This document shows, piece by piece, positions 1 to 9,131 of a stretch of 32,000 nt of DNA. The position numbers and the translations under genes are program-made. This DNA is from Methanobacterium sp. UBA375 (GTDB lineage Archaea > Methanobacteriota > Methanobacteria > Methanobacteriales > Methanobacteriaceae), in the NCBI GenBank assembly GCA_002495625.1, contig DAGC01000003.1, positions 151,980-183,979 on the forward strand, in the 5' to 3' direction. The notes beneath the pieces were generated by a model. That model saw only the letters and a program-made list of their open reading frames with translations. It did no database searches and was not told where the DNA came from. Position 1 is the first letter of the stretch. Every line of letters starts with the position of its first letter.

Positions 1-82
1 AATTGTTAATTTCTTTTATTGTATTTTTAAAGTATGGGATTTTAAAAAAGTTAGATGATTTAAAATAAAAATAGAGATGAAT

Positions 83-122
83 AAAAAAAAGTAGGGGGTA
101 AGAATCACATATTCCCCTTTTT
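83..122 (-). terminator. Hairpin plus oligo-T terminator downstream of the 123..464 gene
   Basis: On the minus strand, AGGGG (118..114) pairs with CCCCT (97..93) across a 16-nt loop. A T8 run follows (complement of the A-run at 83..90). The element starts right after the stop codon at 123. Confidence 0.4.
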
Positions 123-464
123 CTATCCATTCAGGATATTGTTTAATTCATTTTTAATGTTCTGGTTCTGGAATAACAACTTCAGATTTTCCTGAACCAC
201 CGGATTCTGCAGCCACTGGTATATCTGGGCTTGGACATCCTGCCTCTGCAACCACTGGCTTATCTCATTCTGCACATCCTGATTCTGTAACAATTGAGTT
301 ATCTGATCTGGATTCTGCATTATCTGGTCCTTAATATCCATTAAATCCTGGTACAGTCCGGGATTTTCTTGTTGTAGCTGTTGGGCGGCACTGGAGTCCG
401 CGGCGTAGATGGGCATGGTGCCAAGCATCACAGCCAGGATGCATATTATGGCTATTTTTTTCAT
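123..464 (-). CDS. Small secreted Gln-rich helical-repeat protein (hypothetical)
   Basis: N-terminal signal-like segment MKKIAIICILAVMLGTMPIYA followed by ADS. The mature part consists of roughly 13-aa Q-rich repeats (QNQDVQNEISQWLQ / RQDVQAQIYQWLQ / NPVVQENLKLLFQ). I recognise no family. Confidence 0.6.
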   Translation of the reverse strand: MKKIAIICILAVMLGTMPIYAADSSAAQQLQQENPGLYQDLMDIKDQIMQNPDQITQLLQNQDVQNEISQWLQRQDVQAQIYQWLQNPVVQENLKLLFQNQNIKNELNNILNG

Positions 465-821
465 TTTCTATCACCCAAAATTCTTTTTATCTATTTTTTC
501 TTTCTATTTTTCCTTTTTTTGTGTTTATTTTCTATTTCTGTTCTTTATTTCTATTTTTGTTGCATTTTTAGTTAAATGCATTATCACATTATAGGTTTAA
601 GTATAAAAAGTTTATGCACAAAACAGGCCCCAGAGGGTTAATTTCAAAGTTTAGGGTATTATCCATGAAGAAATAAAATAATAAAATATGGTAAGCAACT
701 AACTATAGTGGAAATATTTTTATACTTACCATGGATTTCTTGATTTTAATCCTAAATTTTAATAATTACCACGTATAAAAATACAAGTTGTACCCTGAAA
801 ACTTGATAAAATAAATTTCAT

Positions 822-829
822 TTTATATA
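822..829 (+). promoter_or_regulatory. TATA box candidate for the tldD-like/AMMECR1 transcription unit
   Basis: TTTATATA lies in an AT-rich spacer. The expected transcription start about 23 nt downstream falls near 850-855, next to the GGGGG Shine-Dalgarno-like element. Confidence 0.4.
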
Positions 830-946
830 AAAAGGAATAACACTTAGGGGGAGAATAAAATAATTAAAAAAGAAGAGTATTCATTTGACACTGATTTAAT
901 CGGAAAAATACTAACTCTTTTAGAGGAAAAGGCAGATTACGTTGAC

Positions 947-2245
947 TTGCGGATTAGCGAAAGTTTAAACAACGTTATAGTGATGAAGGACGGGAAAGTT
1001 CAGGAGATAACATCCGGTAATAACTGGGGTGGATGTGTACGCGTATTAAAAAACGGTGCATGGGGTGTTAGCTTCACCACCAACCCGGCTAAGATGGAAG
1101 ATGCAGGTAAATCTGCACTTAAACTCGCCAATGCTTTAGATAATGATGTTAAACTGGCGGATATAGAACCAACCCATGACAATGTGAAGTCTAAGGCAAA
1201 ATTAAAGTTGCAGGATGTATCCCTTGATGAGAAAAAGGAAGCCATGTCCGCTGCAGAGAAGGCAGCTAATCTGGAGGCAATTGTAAGCACCACCGTCAAC
1301 TACGTGGACGGGGAAGGTACCACCATCTTCGCCAACAGCGAAGGAACCGAGCTCCAGATAGAAGAAAGCAGAGTAGCCCTGTTTATGAACGCAGTAGCTG
1401 CTTCTGATGGGATCATACAGTTCGGGCATAAAAGCACCGGTGGTGCCGCAGGTTTCGAAGTCATACAGAAAGAAGACCTGGAAAAATTCGGAAGAGTCAC
1501 GGCTGAAAAGGCGATACGACTCCTTAAAGCGGAACTACCACCCTCCGGCAAATTCCCGGTGGTCATGGATCCGGAACTTACCGGTGTATTTATACACGAA
1601 GCCCTGGGCCATGCATCAGAGGCTGATCTGATATTAAAAAATGATTCCATACTAAAAGGGAAGATGGGCACCCAGATAGGCTCATCCCTGGTAACAATCA
1701 TAGATGATGCCACCATGGACGCCTTTGGCTATTATCCCTATGATTCAGAGGGTGTAAAGACCCGTAAAAATATATTGGTAGAGGATGGTATTCTTAAATC
1801 ACTTTTAAGCTCCAGGGAAACAGCATCACAGTTGGATATCACCCCATCGGGGAACGCCCGATCAGTAGTGGGGGACCAGCCCATAGTACGGATGAGTAAC
1901 ACCTACCTCCAACCTAGTGAACTGAAATTTGAAGAACTCATAGAGGATATGGATAGTGGTATATATCTTAAAGGCTCCCGTGGAGGTCAGGTGGATACTG
2001 GTAAGGGGGTTTTCCAGTTCAACGCTGCTGAATCATTTCTGATAGAAAATGGAGAAGTAAAAAATCCACTCCGAGATGTTTCACTCTCCGGGAATATTTT
2101 AGAGATGCTCCTAAAGGTGGATGGCGTGGGATCCGACTTCAAGATGGGCGTGGGTTTCTGCGGTAAATCAGGGCAGACCGTGCCCGTAGGAGACGGCGGA
2201 CCACACGTAAGGGTTAAAGAAGCCACTGTAGGCGGAGGATCCTGA
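947..2245 (+). CDS. tldD: TldD/PmbA-family metalloprotease (peptidase U62), TldD type
   Basis: Carries the [11 protein letters not shown] (HExxxGH) motif and a C-terminal [17 protein letters not shown], and aligns along its length with E. coli TldD as I recall it. The track start is TTG at 947. The frame is open from 848 and encodes the conserved N-terminal helix ([11 protein letters not shown]), so the real start is probably near 860 (see findings). Confidence 0.85.
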   Translation: MRISESLNNVIVMKDGKVQEITSGNNWGGCVRVLKNGAWGVSFTTNPAKMEDAGKSALKLANALDNDVKLADIEPTHDNVKSKAKLKLQDVSLDEKKEAMSAAEKAANLEAIVSTTVNYVDGEGTTIFANSEGTELQIEESRVALFMNAVAASDGIIQFGHKSTGGAAGFEVIQKEDLEKFGRVTAEKAIRLLKAELPPSGKFPVVMDPELTGVFIHEALGHASEADLILKNDSILKGKMGTQIGSSLVTIIDDATMDAFGYYPYDSEGVKTRKNILVEDGILKSLLSSRETASQLDITPSGNARSVVGDQPIVRMSNTYLQPSELKFEELIEDMDSGIYLKGSRGGQVDTGKGVFQFNAAESFLIENGEVKNPLRDVSLSGNILEMLLKVDGVGSDFKMGVGFCGKSGQTVPVGDGGPHVRVKEATVGGGS

Positions 2246-2302
2246 AATCATGGATCCCATATGAGTAAAAAAAAAGTTTGAATACACTTAGGGGGTAAAT
2301 AA

Positions 2303-2863
2303 ATGATTACCGATGAAGAAGGTGAATTTCTGGTTAAACTGGCCAGATCGTCCATAGAATCCTACCTGAAAGATAAAGTAATATTAGAAGTACCTGAAAA
2401 TACTCCAAACACTTTAAAGGAGGAAATGGGTGCTTTTGTAACATTAAATAGTAAAGGCCAGCTCAGGGGATGTATAGGTTATCCTGAACCCATAAAACCG
2501 CTGGTAAACGCGGTTATAGAAGTAGCTATATCGGCGGCTATCCAGGATCCTAGATTTCCACCGGTATCTCCTGAGGAACTGGATGATATCAGTGTAGAGG
2601 TGAGTGTGCTTACCAAACCGGAACTTATAGAGGTGGATAAACCTACTGAGTATCCGGAAAAGGTAAGTTTAGGCCAGGATGGTCTGATAGTGGAAAGCTG
2701 TTTTGGCCGGGGACTTCTGCTTCCCCAGGTTGCAGTGGAATGGCAGTGGGACGAGGAGGAATTCTTATCAAACACCTGTATGAAGGCTGGGCTTAACCTG
2801 GACTGCTGGTTAGAGCCTGATATTAATATCTACAAGTTCCAGAGCCAGATTTTTGAGGAATAA
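2303..2863 (+). CDS. AMMECR1 domain protein
   Basis: Has the [10 protein letters not shown] and DPRFPPV motifs typical of the AMMECR1 family. A GGGGG Shine-Dalgarno element lies 8 nt before the ATG. Confidence 0.85.
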   Translation: MITDEEGEFLVKLARSSIESYLKDKVILEVPENTPNTLKEEMGAFVTLNSKGQLRGCIGYPEPIKPLVNAVIEVAISAAIQDPRFPPVSPEELDDISVEVSVLTKPELIEVDKPTEYPEKVSLGQDGLIVESCFGRGLLLPQVAVEWQWDEEEFLSNTCMKAGLNLDCWLEPDINIYKFQSQIFEE

Positions 2864-2959
2864 AATTACATTACTTTAAATACAAATTTAGTCAATATTA
2901 CTTATTAGCATATTCTACATTTACTCTAAATTCATTTTTTAGTTTTTAAACGTGATTTC

Positions 2960-3958
2960 ATGTTCCTACCAACCATACCCACACCAGAAGAAGCCCTGGA
3001 TAAGGGATTCAGCCGGGCAAAGAAGGCTGCAAATAAAGCTCGAACCTCTAAGATTCCCCATCAACTGAAATCTAAGCGGATTGAGGAAATCAGGGTTAGG
3101 ACTGCCTGCCAGGTGATACAGGAAACCTTCAAGAGCATCTTGGAAAAGACCCCCAAGGTAGAACAGATGCCCCTGTTCTATCAGGACTATATCGACGTGG
3201 TGGTGGGTGTTGACCAGCTTAAAAAATCTCTAGGAGCACTCAACTGGGCTGTGGGCATTCTGGCCAAGCTTGAAGGGCAGTACGCCCAGAAGATCAGGAG
3301 GTCCAGTCCAGAAAGCGCAGCGAAGATACGCAGGGAGGCTTATGGACGTATATCCTCTGTGGTTAATCGTATAAGGGAAGAACTCGAATTTCTAGATTAC
3401 ACCAAGGCACGATTAAGGAATATGCCCACCGTTGACTTCGAAGCGGTTACCGCGGTTATAGCCGGCTTTCCTAACGTGGGTAAATCCACTCTACTCAGAC
3501 AGATCACCACTGCTGAGCCTAAAGTGGCGGATTATCCCTTCACCACCACCGGTATCCAGATCGGTCACCTGGAACGTAAGTGGCAGAAATACCAGATCAT
3601 AGACACACCCGGTCTCCTGGACAGGCCCATCGATGACATGAACACCATCGAACTTAACGCCATGGTGGCACTGGAACACCTGGCAGAGGTGGTTTTATAC
3701 ATCTTCGATGCATCAGAAACCTCTGGTTACCCATTAGAAAACCAGTTCATGTTATACGAGTCCATAAAAAAGATCTTCAAAATTCCCATAATTTGCATCT
3801 TCAATAAGATGGACCTGGTGGAAAATATTAATTATTTGAACGAATATATTCATAAGGTAGACGAACCTATACTTGTAACCGCTTCTGAGGGCAGCGGGAT
3901 CTCCCAGGTAATGGATAAATTGGAGGAATTTAAAGATGACGAGAAGAGAAATCGCTGA
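2960..3958 (+). CDS. NOG1-family GTP-binding protein
   Basis: G1 motif [10 protein letters not shown]3 motif DTPGLLDRP and NKMD (G4). The N-terminal helical domain is typical of archaeal Nog1-like GTPases. Confidence 0.8.
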   Translation: MFLPTIPTPEEALDKGFSRAKKAANKARTSKIPHQLKSKRIEEIRVRTACQVIQETFKSILEKTPKVEQMPLFYQDYIDVVVGVDQLKKSLGALNWAVGILAKLEGQYAQKIRRSSPESAAKIRREAYGRISSVVNRIREELEFLDYTKARLRNMPTVDFEAVTAVIAGFPNVGKSTLLRQITTAEPKVADYPFTTTGIQIGHLERKWQKYQIIDTPGLLDRPIDDMNTIELNAMVALEHLAEVVLYIFDASETSGYPLENQFMLYESIKKIFKIPIICIFNKMDLVENINYLNEYIHKVDEPILVTASEGSGISQVMDKLEEFKDDEKRNR

Positions 3959-4358
3959 ACAGGTATTTAATGATGTTTTTAGTGCTATAAAGGATTCGCA
4001 GAGTGATTTGGAGAAGACGATATCGGGATATGCTTCTGGTATCATAGGTAAAACACCGGTGGATGTAATAGACCAGGGAGACAATATAATCGTTAAAGCA
4101 GACCTCCCCGGATTTAAAAAAGAAAACATCAAAATAGATGTGAGTGATGATACCCTGGAAATCAATGCTCTTTTTGAAGAAGAAACCCTGGAAGAGGGGT
4201 CTAATTATGTCAGAAGAGAGCGGAGATATAATGAAATTAAAAGAGTTGTTGAACTCCCCACCAAAATAAACATCGACCATGCAAATGCCGAATTTGAAAA
4301 TGGAGTCCTCCAAATTACCCTTCCTAAGTCTGGGAAGACGAAGGTTAACGTAGAATAA
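3936..4358 (+). CDS. Hsp20/alpha-crystallin small heat-shock protein
   Basis: Alpha-crystallin domain: [27 protein letters not shown] ... [19 protein letters not shown] lies 9 nt upstream of the ATG. The gene overlaps the 3' end of the NOG1 gene by 23 nt. Confidence 0.9.
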   Translation: MTRREIAEQVFNDVFSAIKDSQSDLEKTISGYASGIIGKTPVDVIDQGDNIIVKADLPGFKKENIKIDVSDDTLEINALFEEETLEEGSNYVRRERRYNEIKRVVELPTKINIDHANAEFENGVLQITLPKSGKTKVNVE

Positions 4359-4360
4359 AA

Positions 4361-4368
4361 TTTTTTTT
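4361..4368 (+). terminator. Oligo-T (T8) archaeal terminator after the hsp20 gene
   Basis: A T8 run lies 3 nt after the TAA stop. Confidence 0.4.
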
Positions 4369-4404
4369 CAAAAGGATCTTGGTATCTTTTCTACAGATCT
4401 TACC

Positions 4405-4965
4405 TTACTTCTTATCCTTTCGAAGAGAAAAAAGCTCAGCCAGACAGACTGCCATTTCCGCTACTTCTACAGGGTCTCGTCCCACTAACGCGATAATGGG
4501 TTCCTTTCCCCAATCCCCAGTGTGATAGATGATATCTGGAACTTCTCCCAAACTGTTTATGGCCTGTTCCACACCCCAGGACACTGTTTTTCCCTCAATT
4601 TCACGAAGCTCTTCAGGTTCTCCCATCCGATTGTAAGAGGATACCTTAAGCCCTAATTTTTCACATATCTCTATTGTAACTGTATTATATCGTAAATTAA
4701 GGGCACTTCGACGCTCGGGATCATGTTTCATAACCTCCAGCACCAGGCGGGCCATGTGACTGGATGCACCCCAGTCGGGCATTGTGAAAGCTTTCGCTCG
4801 ACCATTTATTGTGGTTATACGTCCCGGAACTCCGACTACGTCTTCTACGGATTGGGCATTTTCCCGGGCCATGACCAGGTTGCTCCTCACCTCTGGTATG
4901 AGTTCTGCCATGTGTTTTGAAGATTGGAGGATGATCAATCCCTGGTGGACACCTAATCTTTCCAT
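4405..4965 (-). CDS. ThiN-domain protein (thiamine-phosphate synthase family, stand-alone)
   Basis: IPEVRSNLVMA ... VGVPGRITTINGRAKAF ... WGASSHMARLVL resembles the ThiN domain found in archaeal ThiDN proteins. This call is from memory of the family only. Confidence 0.55.
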   Translation of the reverse strand: MERLGVHQGLIILQSSKHMAELIPEVRSNLVMARENAQSVEDVVGVPGRITTINGRAKAFTMPDWGASSHMARLVLEVMKHDPERRSALNLRYNTVTIEICEKLGLKVSSYNRMGEPEELREIEGKTVSWGVEQAINSLGEVPDIIYHTGDWGKEPIIALVGRDPVEVAEMAVCLAELFSLRKDKK

Positions 4966-5213
4966 GGACTTAGTTTAATTTCAGGGCCTATAAATAATTT
5001 GGATAATAATTTTGGAAAATTTTACTCCCCCTTCCCAGTAATTTTGAAATTTTTAAATAAATTTTTGTTGTATCCATAAAAAATTACTTCGTTAAACAGT
5101 GTTTTTTGGTGAAAAATTTAAAAAGATTTAAATATTTTTAAATACAGTAAGTATTATTGTCGGAACCTTGAAATTGTTATCTGACATTGCTGAAAAATGG
5201 GAGGCAGTATAAA

Positions 5214-6935
5214 GTGAAGCGACCATTGTTGCTTACGATGTTACTGCTAATAGTAGTAGCATTGTTGATACCCAATATATGTGCCACCACAACAAATCAG
5301 CAGAACACGGAAATTATCACCAATACATCCATATCTCAGGATAATATTACATCTTACAATGTTAAAACATCTGATAATCCAAGTACAACTGCCGCAGGTA
5401 GTCCCGGGGCAGTTACTGATACAAAAAGCAGCACAACCAAAAGCCAGAGTACAGCCACTTCAGCGTCTACCAATAATTCCAGTAAAAACCAAAGCACAAC
5501 GAACATTCAGTATGCCCAAGCGGCTGCAGGAGATAGTAATGTCCAGAATAACTGGTTCACCAACCAAAAAATAACCGAAGCAGCAGGACGGGTTAAAACC
5601 TATATAGAAACCAACAAGCGGCTTCCTAATTACGTGACCATAGGAACAGTACAGGTAACCATGCCACAGTTCCTACAGCTCATGACTACTGGTTTGATAC
5701 AGGTAAACAAAGGCACCACTACACAGATCCAATTAAAGAACGTCGGCACACCAACGAGTATCTCGGAAAGCATTAAAAGTGGAAGTCTCACCAAGACAGA
5801 GTACCTTAACATAGCAGCCAGGATCCAATCCTACATCAACAGCAACGGCCGAGCACCTAACTACGCCACCAGTTCTCTAGGGAAGGTTGGCTTTGAGTCT
5901 CTAATATACATGTACTCCAGAGTATTGGGTTACCATAATACTAATAAAGTCCTGCCTAGCACAGTTTCCATGAAACCATGGGAAAGCATAAGCAAACCAA
6001 CAACAGTAACTCCAACACCAGGAACAAGTCAGACAAGTTTCACCATAGCTCAAATTGGTAAAGCAGCGGGAGATGTTAAAGCCTTCGTCGAAAAGAATGA
6101 TAGGCTTCCAAACTTCGTGGAGATAAGTGGTAAAAATATAACCATGCCACAGTTTTTAAAACTCCTGACCACCAGTTTACTGCAGATATACGGTAATAAG
6201 AAGACGTCCATTGCACTTAAAAGTGCAGGTGCACCTTCCAGTCCCAGCGAAGACCATAAAAGTGGTAACATAGACAAATCAGGGTATGTTGATCTGGCAA
6301 ACAGGATCCAAAAATACATGGATTCCAATGGTAAAGCACCAAACTTTGCCTCCAGCGCCCTAGGGAAAATTCGATACGAAACGTTGATCTACATGGAATC
6401 ACGTATAGTGTACTTCTACGCTGCAAACAATGTCCTACCGAAATATGCTACAGTAAACCCGTGGGAAACATCCACCACACCAAATACCAATAATCCTTAT
6501 CTAAAAGCCACAAAAAACGCCCCGTCAAACAGTCAAACGATAATAAACCTTGCCAAAAGCATAACCGCAGGCAAAACATCGGAAAGTGCCAAGGCAACCG
6601 CCATATTCAACTGGGTCAGAGACAACATCAAGTATTCCTTTTACTACAACACGGTAAAAGGAGCGTTAGGTACTCTGAGTTCCAAAACAGGTAACTGTGT
6701 TGACACCACCCATCTACTGGTCGCACTAAACCGTGCGGCAGGAATACAGACCAGATATGAACATGGATACTGTAAATTCTCAGATGGATGGTTTGGACAC
6801 GTATGGGCCCAGGTATATGTAAATGGGAAATGGTACCGTGCAGATGCAATTAGCCCCAGAAATTCCTTCGGTGTAATAAATAATTGGGATACCAGAAACT
6901 GGACTCAACTAGGCATCTATGCAGATTGGCCTTAG
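5214..6935 (+). CDS. Secreted pseudomurein-binding-repeat protein with C-terminal transglutaminase-like cysteine protease core
   Basis: GTG at 5214 is preceded by GGGAGG at 9-nt spacing (the track start is TTG at 5187). Signal peptide KRPLLLTMLLLIVVALLIPNICA. An S/T-rich linker spans about 5286..5501. Two roughly 145-aa modules each contain two PMBR-like units (RLPNYVTIG..TMPQFL; GRAPNYATSSLGKV). The C-terminal core has Cys (GNCVD, 6696..6698), His (GHVW, 6798..6800) and Asp (RADA). Confidence 0.75.
   Translation: MKRPLLLTMLLLIVVALLIPNICATTTNQQNTEIITNTSISQDNITSYNVKTSDNPSTTAAGSPGAVTDTKSSTTKSQSTATSASTNNSSKNQSTTNIQYAQAAAGDSNVQNNWFTNQKITEAAGRVKTYIETNKRLPNYVTIGTVQVTMPQFLQLMTTGLIQVNKGTTTQIQLKNVGTPTSISESIKSGSLTKTEYLNIAARIQSYINSNGRAPNYATSSLGKVGFESLIYMYSRVLGYHNTNKVLPSTVSMKPWESISKPTTVTPTPGTSQTSFTIAQIGKAAGDVKAFVEKNDRLPNFVEISGKNITMPQFLKLLTTSLLQIYGNKKTSIALKSAGAPSSPSEDHKSGNIDKSGYVDLANRIQKYMDSNGKAPNFASSALGKIRYETLIYMESRIVYFYAANNVLPKYATVNPWETSTTPNTNNPYLKATKNAPSNSQTIINLAKSITAGKTSESAKATAIFNWVRDNIKYSFYYNTVKGALGTLSSKTGNCVDTTHLLVALNRAAGIQTRYEHGYCKFSDGWFGHVWAQVYVNGKWYRADAISPRNSFGVINNWDTRNWTQLGIYADWP
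5559..6467 (+). repeat. Intragenic tandem duplication of a roughly 145-aa double-PMBR module (period about 477 nt)
   Basis: Module 1 is about 5559..5984 and module 2 about 6036..6467. They are colinear at protein level. Shared DNA strings survive, for example AACCATGCCACAGTT near 5660 and near 6141. Confidence 0.7.
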
Positions 6936-6947
6936 TAAAAAATCCCC

Positions 6948-6973
6948 TTTCCTTTTTTTTCTTTTTATTTTTT
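6948..6973 (+). terminator. T-rich terminator region after the PMBR/transglutaminase gene
   Basis: TTTCC, then T8, C, T5, A, T6, within 40 nt of the stop codon. Confidence 0.4.
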
Positions 6974-6999
6974 ACAAATACATAAAGAGGTATCTCTAT

Positions 7000-7443
7000 T
7001 TAACAGTGTTTAAGCGCATCCTCATGGAACTCTGTTTCCTTTATCTTACGGATGATCTTACAGGAACTGTCCAGTGATGATTCTTTATAGCCGGAGATCT
7101 TCACCACCTCTGCCTTCAAATTTCTCTTCGAGAGTTCATCCCTGATTGCATCTAAGTCAAAATCCTGATCCGGGCCTATGGTGATGATGTCCGGGTCGAT
7201 CTCTTCAACTATCTCAAACATATCAGTGGTGTGCCCCAAGTAGGCTTCATCTACTGGTTTAAGCATCTTCACCACCTCTAATCTTTGAACTTCATTAACT
7301 ATGGGTACTCTTTTTCTTTTTCTAACCGTGACATCACGGGCCACCACAACCACAAGTTTAGCGTTCTTCCCTCCGAGATTTTTAGATTCCTGGAGGTAGT
7401 ATCCGTGGCCGGGGTGGATTATGTCAAAGGTTCCGGTAGCCAT
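7000..7443 (-). CDS. ribL: Archaeal FAD synthase (FMN adenylyltransferase) RibL, cytidylyltransferase fold
   Basis: [17 protein letters not shown] (nucleotidyltransferase HxGH), VVVARD, LKPVD and GPDQ are colinear with M. jannaschii RibL as I recall it, and the size (147 aa) is similar. Confidence 0.75.
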   Translation of the reverse strand: MATGTFDIIHPGHGYYLQESKNLGGKNAKLVVVVARDVTVRKRKRVPIVNEVQRLEVVKMLKPVDEAYLGHTTDMFEIVEEIDPDIITIGPDQDFDLDAIRDELSKRNLKAEVVKISGYKESSLDSSCKIIRKIKETEFHEDALKHC

Positions 7444-7482
7444 TATGATTTTGATATTCTCACCTTCTATTTGAATTTTAGT

Positions 7483-8952
7483 TTATTTAGTAAATATTAA
7501 CTGTTTTTTACCTGATTTAAGACTTGCTTTCAGGTTTCCCCACATGTACTGCTCCGGTCCGCAGCCAGAGACAATAACATAACTGTACGGGGATTTTTTA
7601 ACCAGCTCACCTATCTTACTTATTCTCTTCTCCATATCCTCATGGGATAGTGGATAGAAATCTGCCGGTAGTTTCTCCTTTATGATTTCATAATATTCCC
7701 GGGCTGCTTCCACAGATTCCCTGCCAGGGACGACATGGACCATCCTCGGGTTCAAATAGATTAAAGAACTTAAATGGTCCTCGAATATTTCCTCTTCACC
7801 TTCATCCGGGGTGGTGTAGATAAACACGGTTTGGTCAGCTATTTCCTCTCCGGTGTAGGTCTGCATGAACTGGATATTGGCTTTTAAAGCATCTCCGTTA
7901 TCGCCCTGGCCCATCCCTACCAGTTTATCATCTTTCACCTTGAAGATTTCAAAGCGTCCCGGGGGTAGGATGGAGAGGTCTAAAGAGCCGAATATTTCTC
8001 GAGTGGTTTTTTCAATCCTCTCTGGTTTTGGAGTGAAAGTTACATAGGTTAGGGCTGCACAAAGCAGGTTGTACAAGTTATGCACACCAAAGGCTGGTAC
8101 TTCAACCGGGAAATCAAGCTGAAGATTTTTACCTGTGGGATAATTGAATACTTCCCCCTCTAAGCGAACCTGCCAGCGATCCTTTCCCACCTTTAGCTGG
8201 GTGAACTTCAGATCCGGTTCGGGCCGGGAGAATCCACAGCTACATTGATATATTCCCCGATGATTAAGGTACCGTTTGGTGTAAGTCAGATTTTCGTTAC
8301 ATACTGGACAGAACACATCACCGGTTATGGGAGTTTTATCCTCCATGTCCATGTCCAGCCCATAATAGGTCACTTTAACATCGTTTTCCTTCTTTTTACC
8401 GATATAGGCAGTTCTCGGATCGTCTGCATTGGATATGACTATCCCTCTTTTCATAGGTGCAGAAAGCAGCTGTTTTGCCCGGAGATATTCTTCGAAGGGG
8501 TTTTTAACCCCGCTGACCTGGGAATGCTCCCGGGAAACGTTGGTGTAAACCACACCTACCGGGTCCACTATCCTGCTAACTGTATCTGGAATGGCGTGTT
8601 TAATATCCCTTATACCGTATTCAAAAACACCTAAACTGGCTTTACCATCCAGAAGACCGGTTACAATGGCGTTGATGGTGTTGCTTTCGTAATTATAGGT
8701 TATGTTGGTATCATTCGCCAGTAAGAGGGCTGTTATCTTGGTGGTGGTTGTTTTACCATTGGTCCCCGTGATAAGTATTGAGCCTATATCCAGTTTACTG
8801 GTTAATCTACTTACACATTCCTTTTTACCAATCCTTAAATAGATGTGACCGGGGAAGCTTTTACCCATCCCACTTCCCAGTTTGGCTAAATATTTAGCTG
8901 ATTTACCCGCTAAACGGGCGGTGGCACATCTGATATTCTGTGACAATCCCAT
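7483..8952 (-). CDS. MurT-like Mur ligase family protein (Mur ligase central domain with Cys4 zinc ribbon and DUF1727-like C-terminal domain)
   Basis: P-loop ITGTNGKTTTT. N-terminus ARLAGKSAKYLAKLGSGMGKSFPG resembles S. aureus MurT. Zinc ribbon CPVCNENLTY..YQCSCGF lies at 8236..8310. The C-terminal domain has a GDNGDA motif at the position of the MurT DNAAD motif. Confidence 0.65.
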   Translation of the reverse strand: MGLSQNIRCATARLAGKSAKYLAKLGSGMGKSFPGHIYLRIGKKECVSRLTSKLDIGSILITGTNGKTTTTKITALLLANDTNITYNYESNTINAIVTGLLDGKASLGVFEYGIRDIKHAIPDTVSRIVDPVGVVYTNVSREHSQVSGVKNPFEEYLRAKQLLSAPMKRGIVISNADDPRTAYIGKKKENDVKVTYYGLDMDMEDKTPITGDVFCPVCNENLTYTKRYLNHRGIYQCSCGFSRPEPDLKFTQLKVGKDRWQVRLEGEVFNYPTGKNLQLDFPVEVPAFGVHNLYNLLCAALTYVTFTPKPERIEKTTREIFGSLDLSILPPGRFEIFKVKDDKLVGMGQGDNGDALKANIQFMQTYTGEEIADQTVFIYTTPDEGEEEIFEDHLSSLIYLNPRMVHVVPGRESVEAAREYYEIIKEKLPADFYPLSHEDMEKRISKIGELVKKSPYSYVIVSGCGPEQYMWGNLKASLKSGKKQLIFTK

Positions 8953-9131
8953 GATCTTTATCCTTTCTTTTTGATGTATTTATAATATTAGTTGAACTTT
9001 AAAATGAGTTTAGCCCAAAAAGGTAAATTAAACGTCTTACCATATAAAACTATATAAATCAATCCCGGGAAGTCTACAAACCCAGAAAATATGGAATAAC
9101 TTGATTTAATGATTATGGATAACATGATTTT

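Noticed and set aside
381-594. Two plus-strand F/L-rich ORFs (64 and 61 aa)
   Set aside because: They arise from reading the homopyrimidine tract upstream of the minus-strand gene. They partly overlap its signal-peptide codons, and no initiation signals are present.
688-732. 8-bp inverted repeat ATGGTAAG ... CTTACCAT with a 29-nt loop in the 465..946 spacer
   Set aside because: It is isolated and AT-rich, has no adjacent T-run or gene end, and could be chance in a 480-bp AT-rich spacer. Support is too weak to call a feature.
1300-1716. 138-aa minus-strand ORF (and neighbours 1000..1299, 1202..1429, 1987..2226) inside the tldD-like gene
   Set aside because: They are antisense to a gene with strong family motifs. 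Their composition is low-complexity and Ser/Pro/Ala-rich, with no Shine-Dalgarno element or promoter. These are typical shadow ORFs.
3752-4313. Two minus-strand ORFs (137 and 127 aa) across the NOG1/hsp20 junction
   Set aside because: Both lie antisense to genes with clear GTPase and alpha-crystallin motifs. No upstream signals are present.
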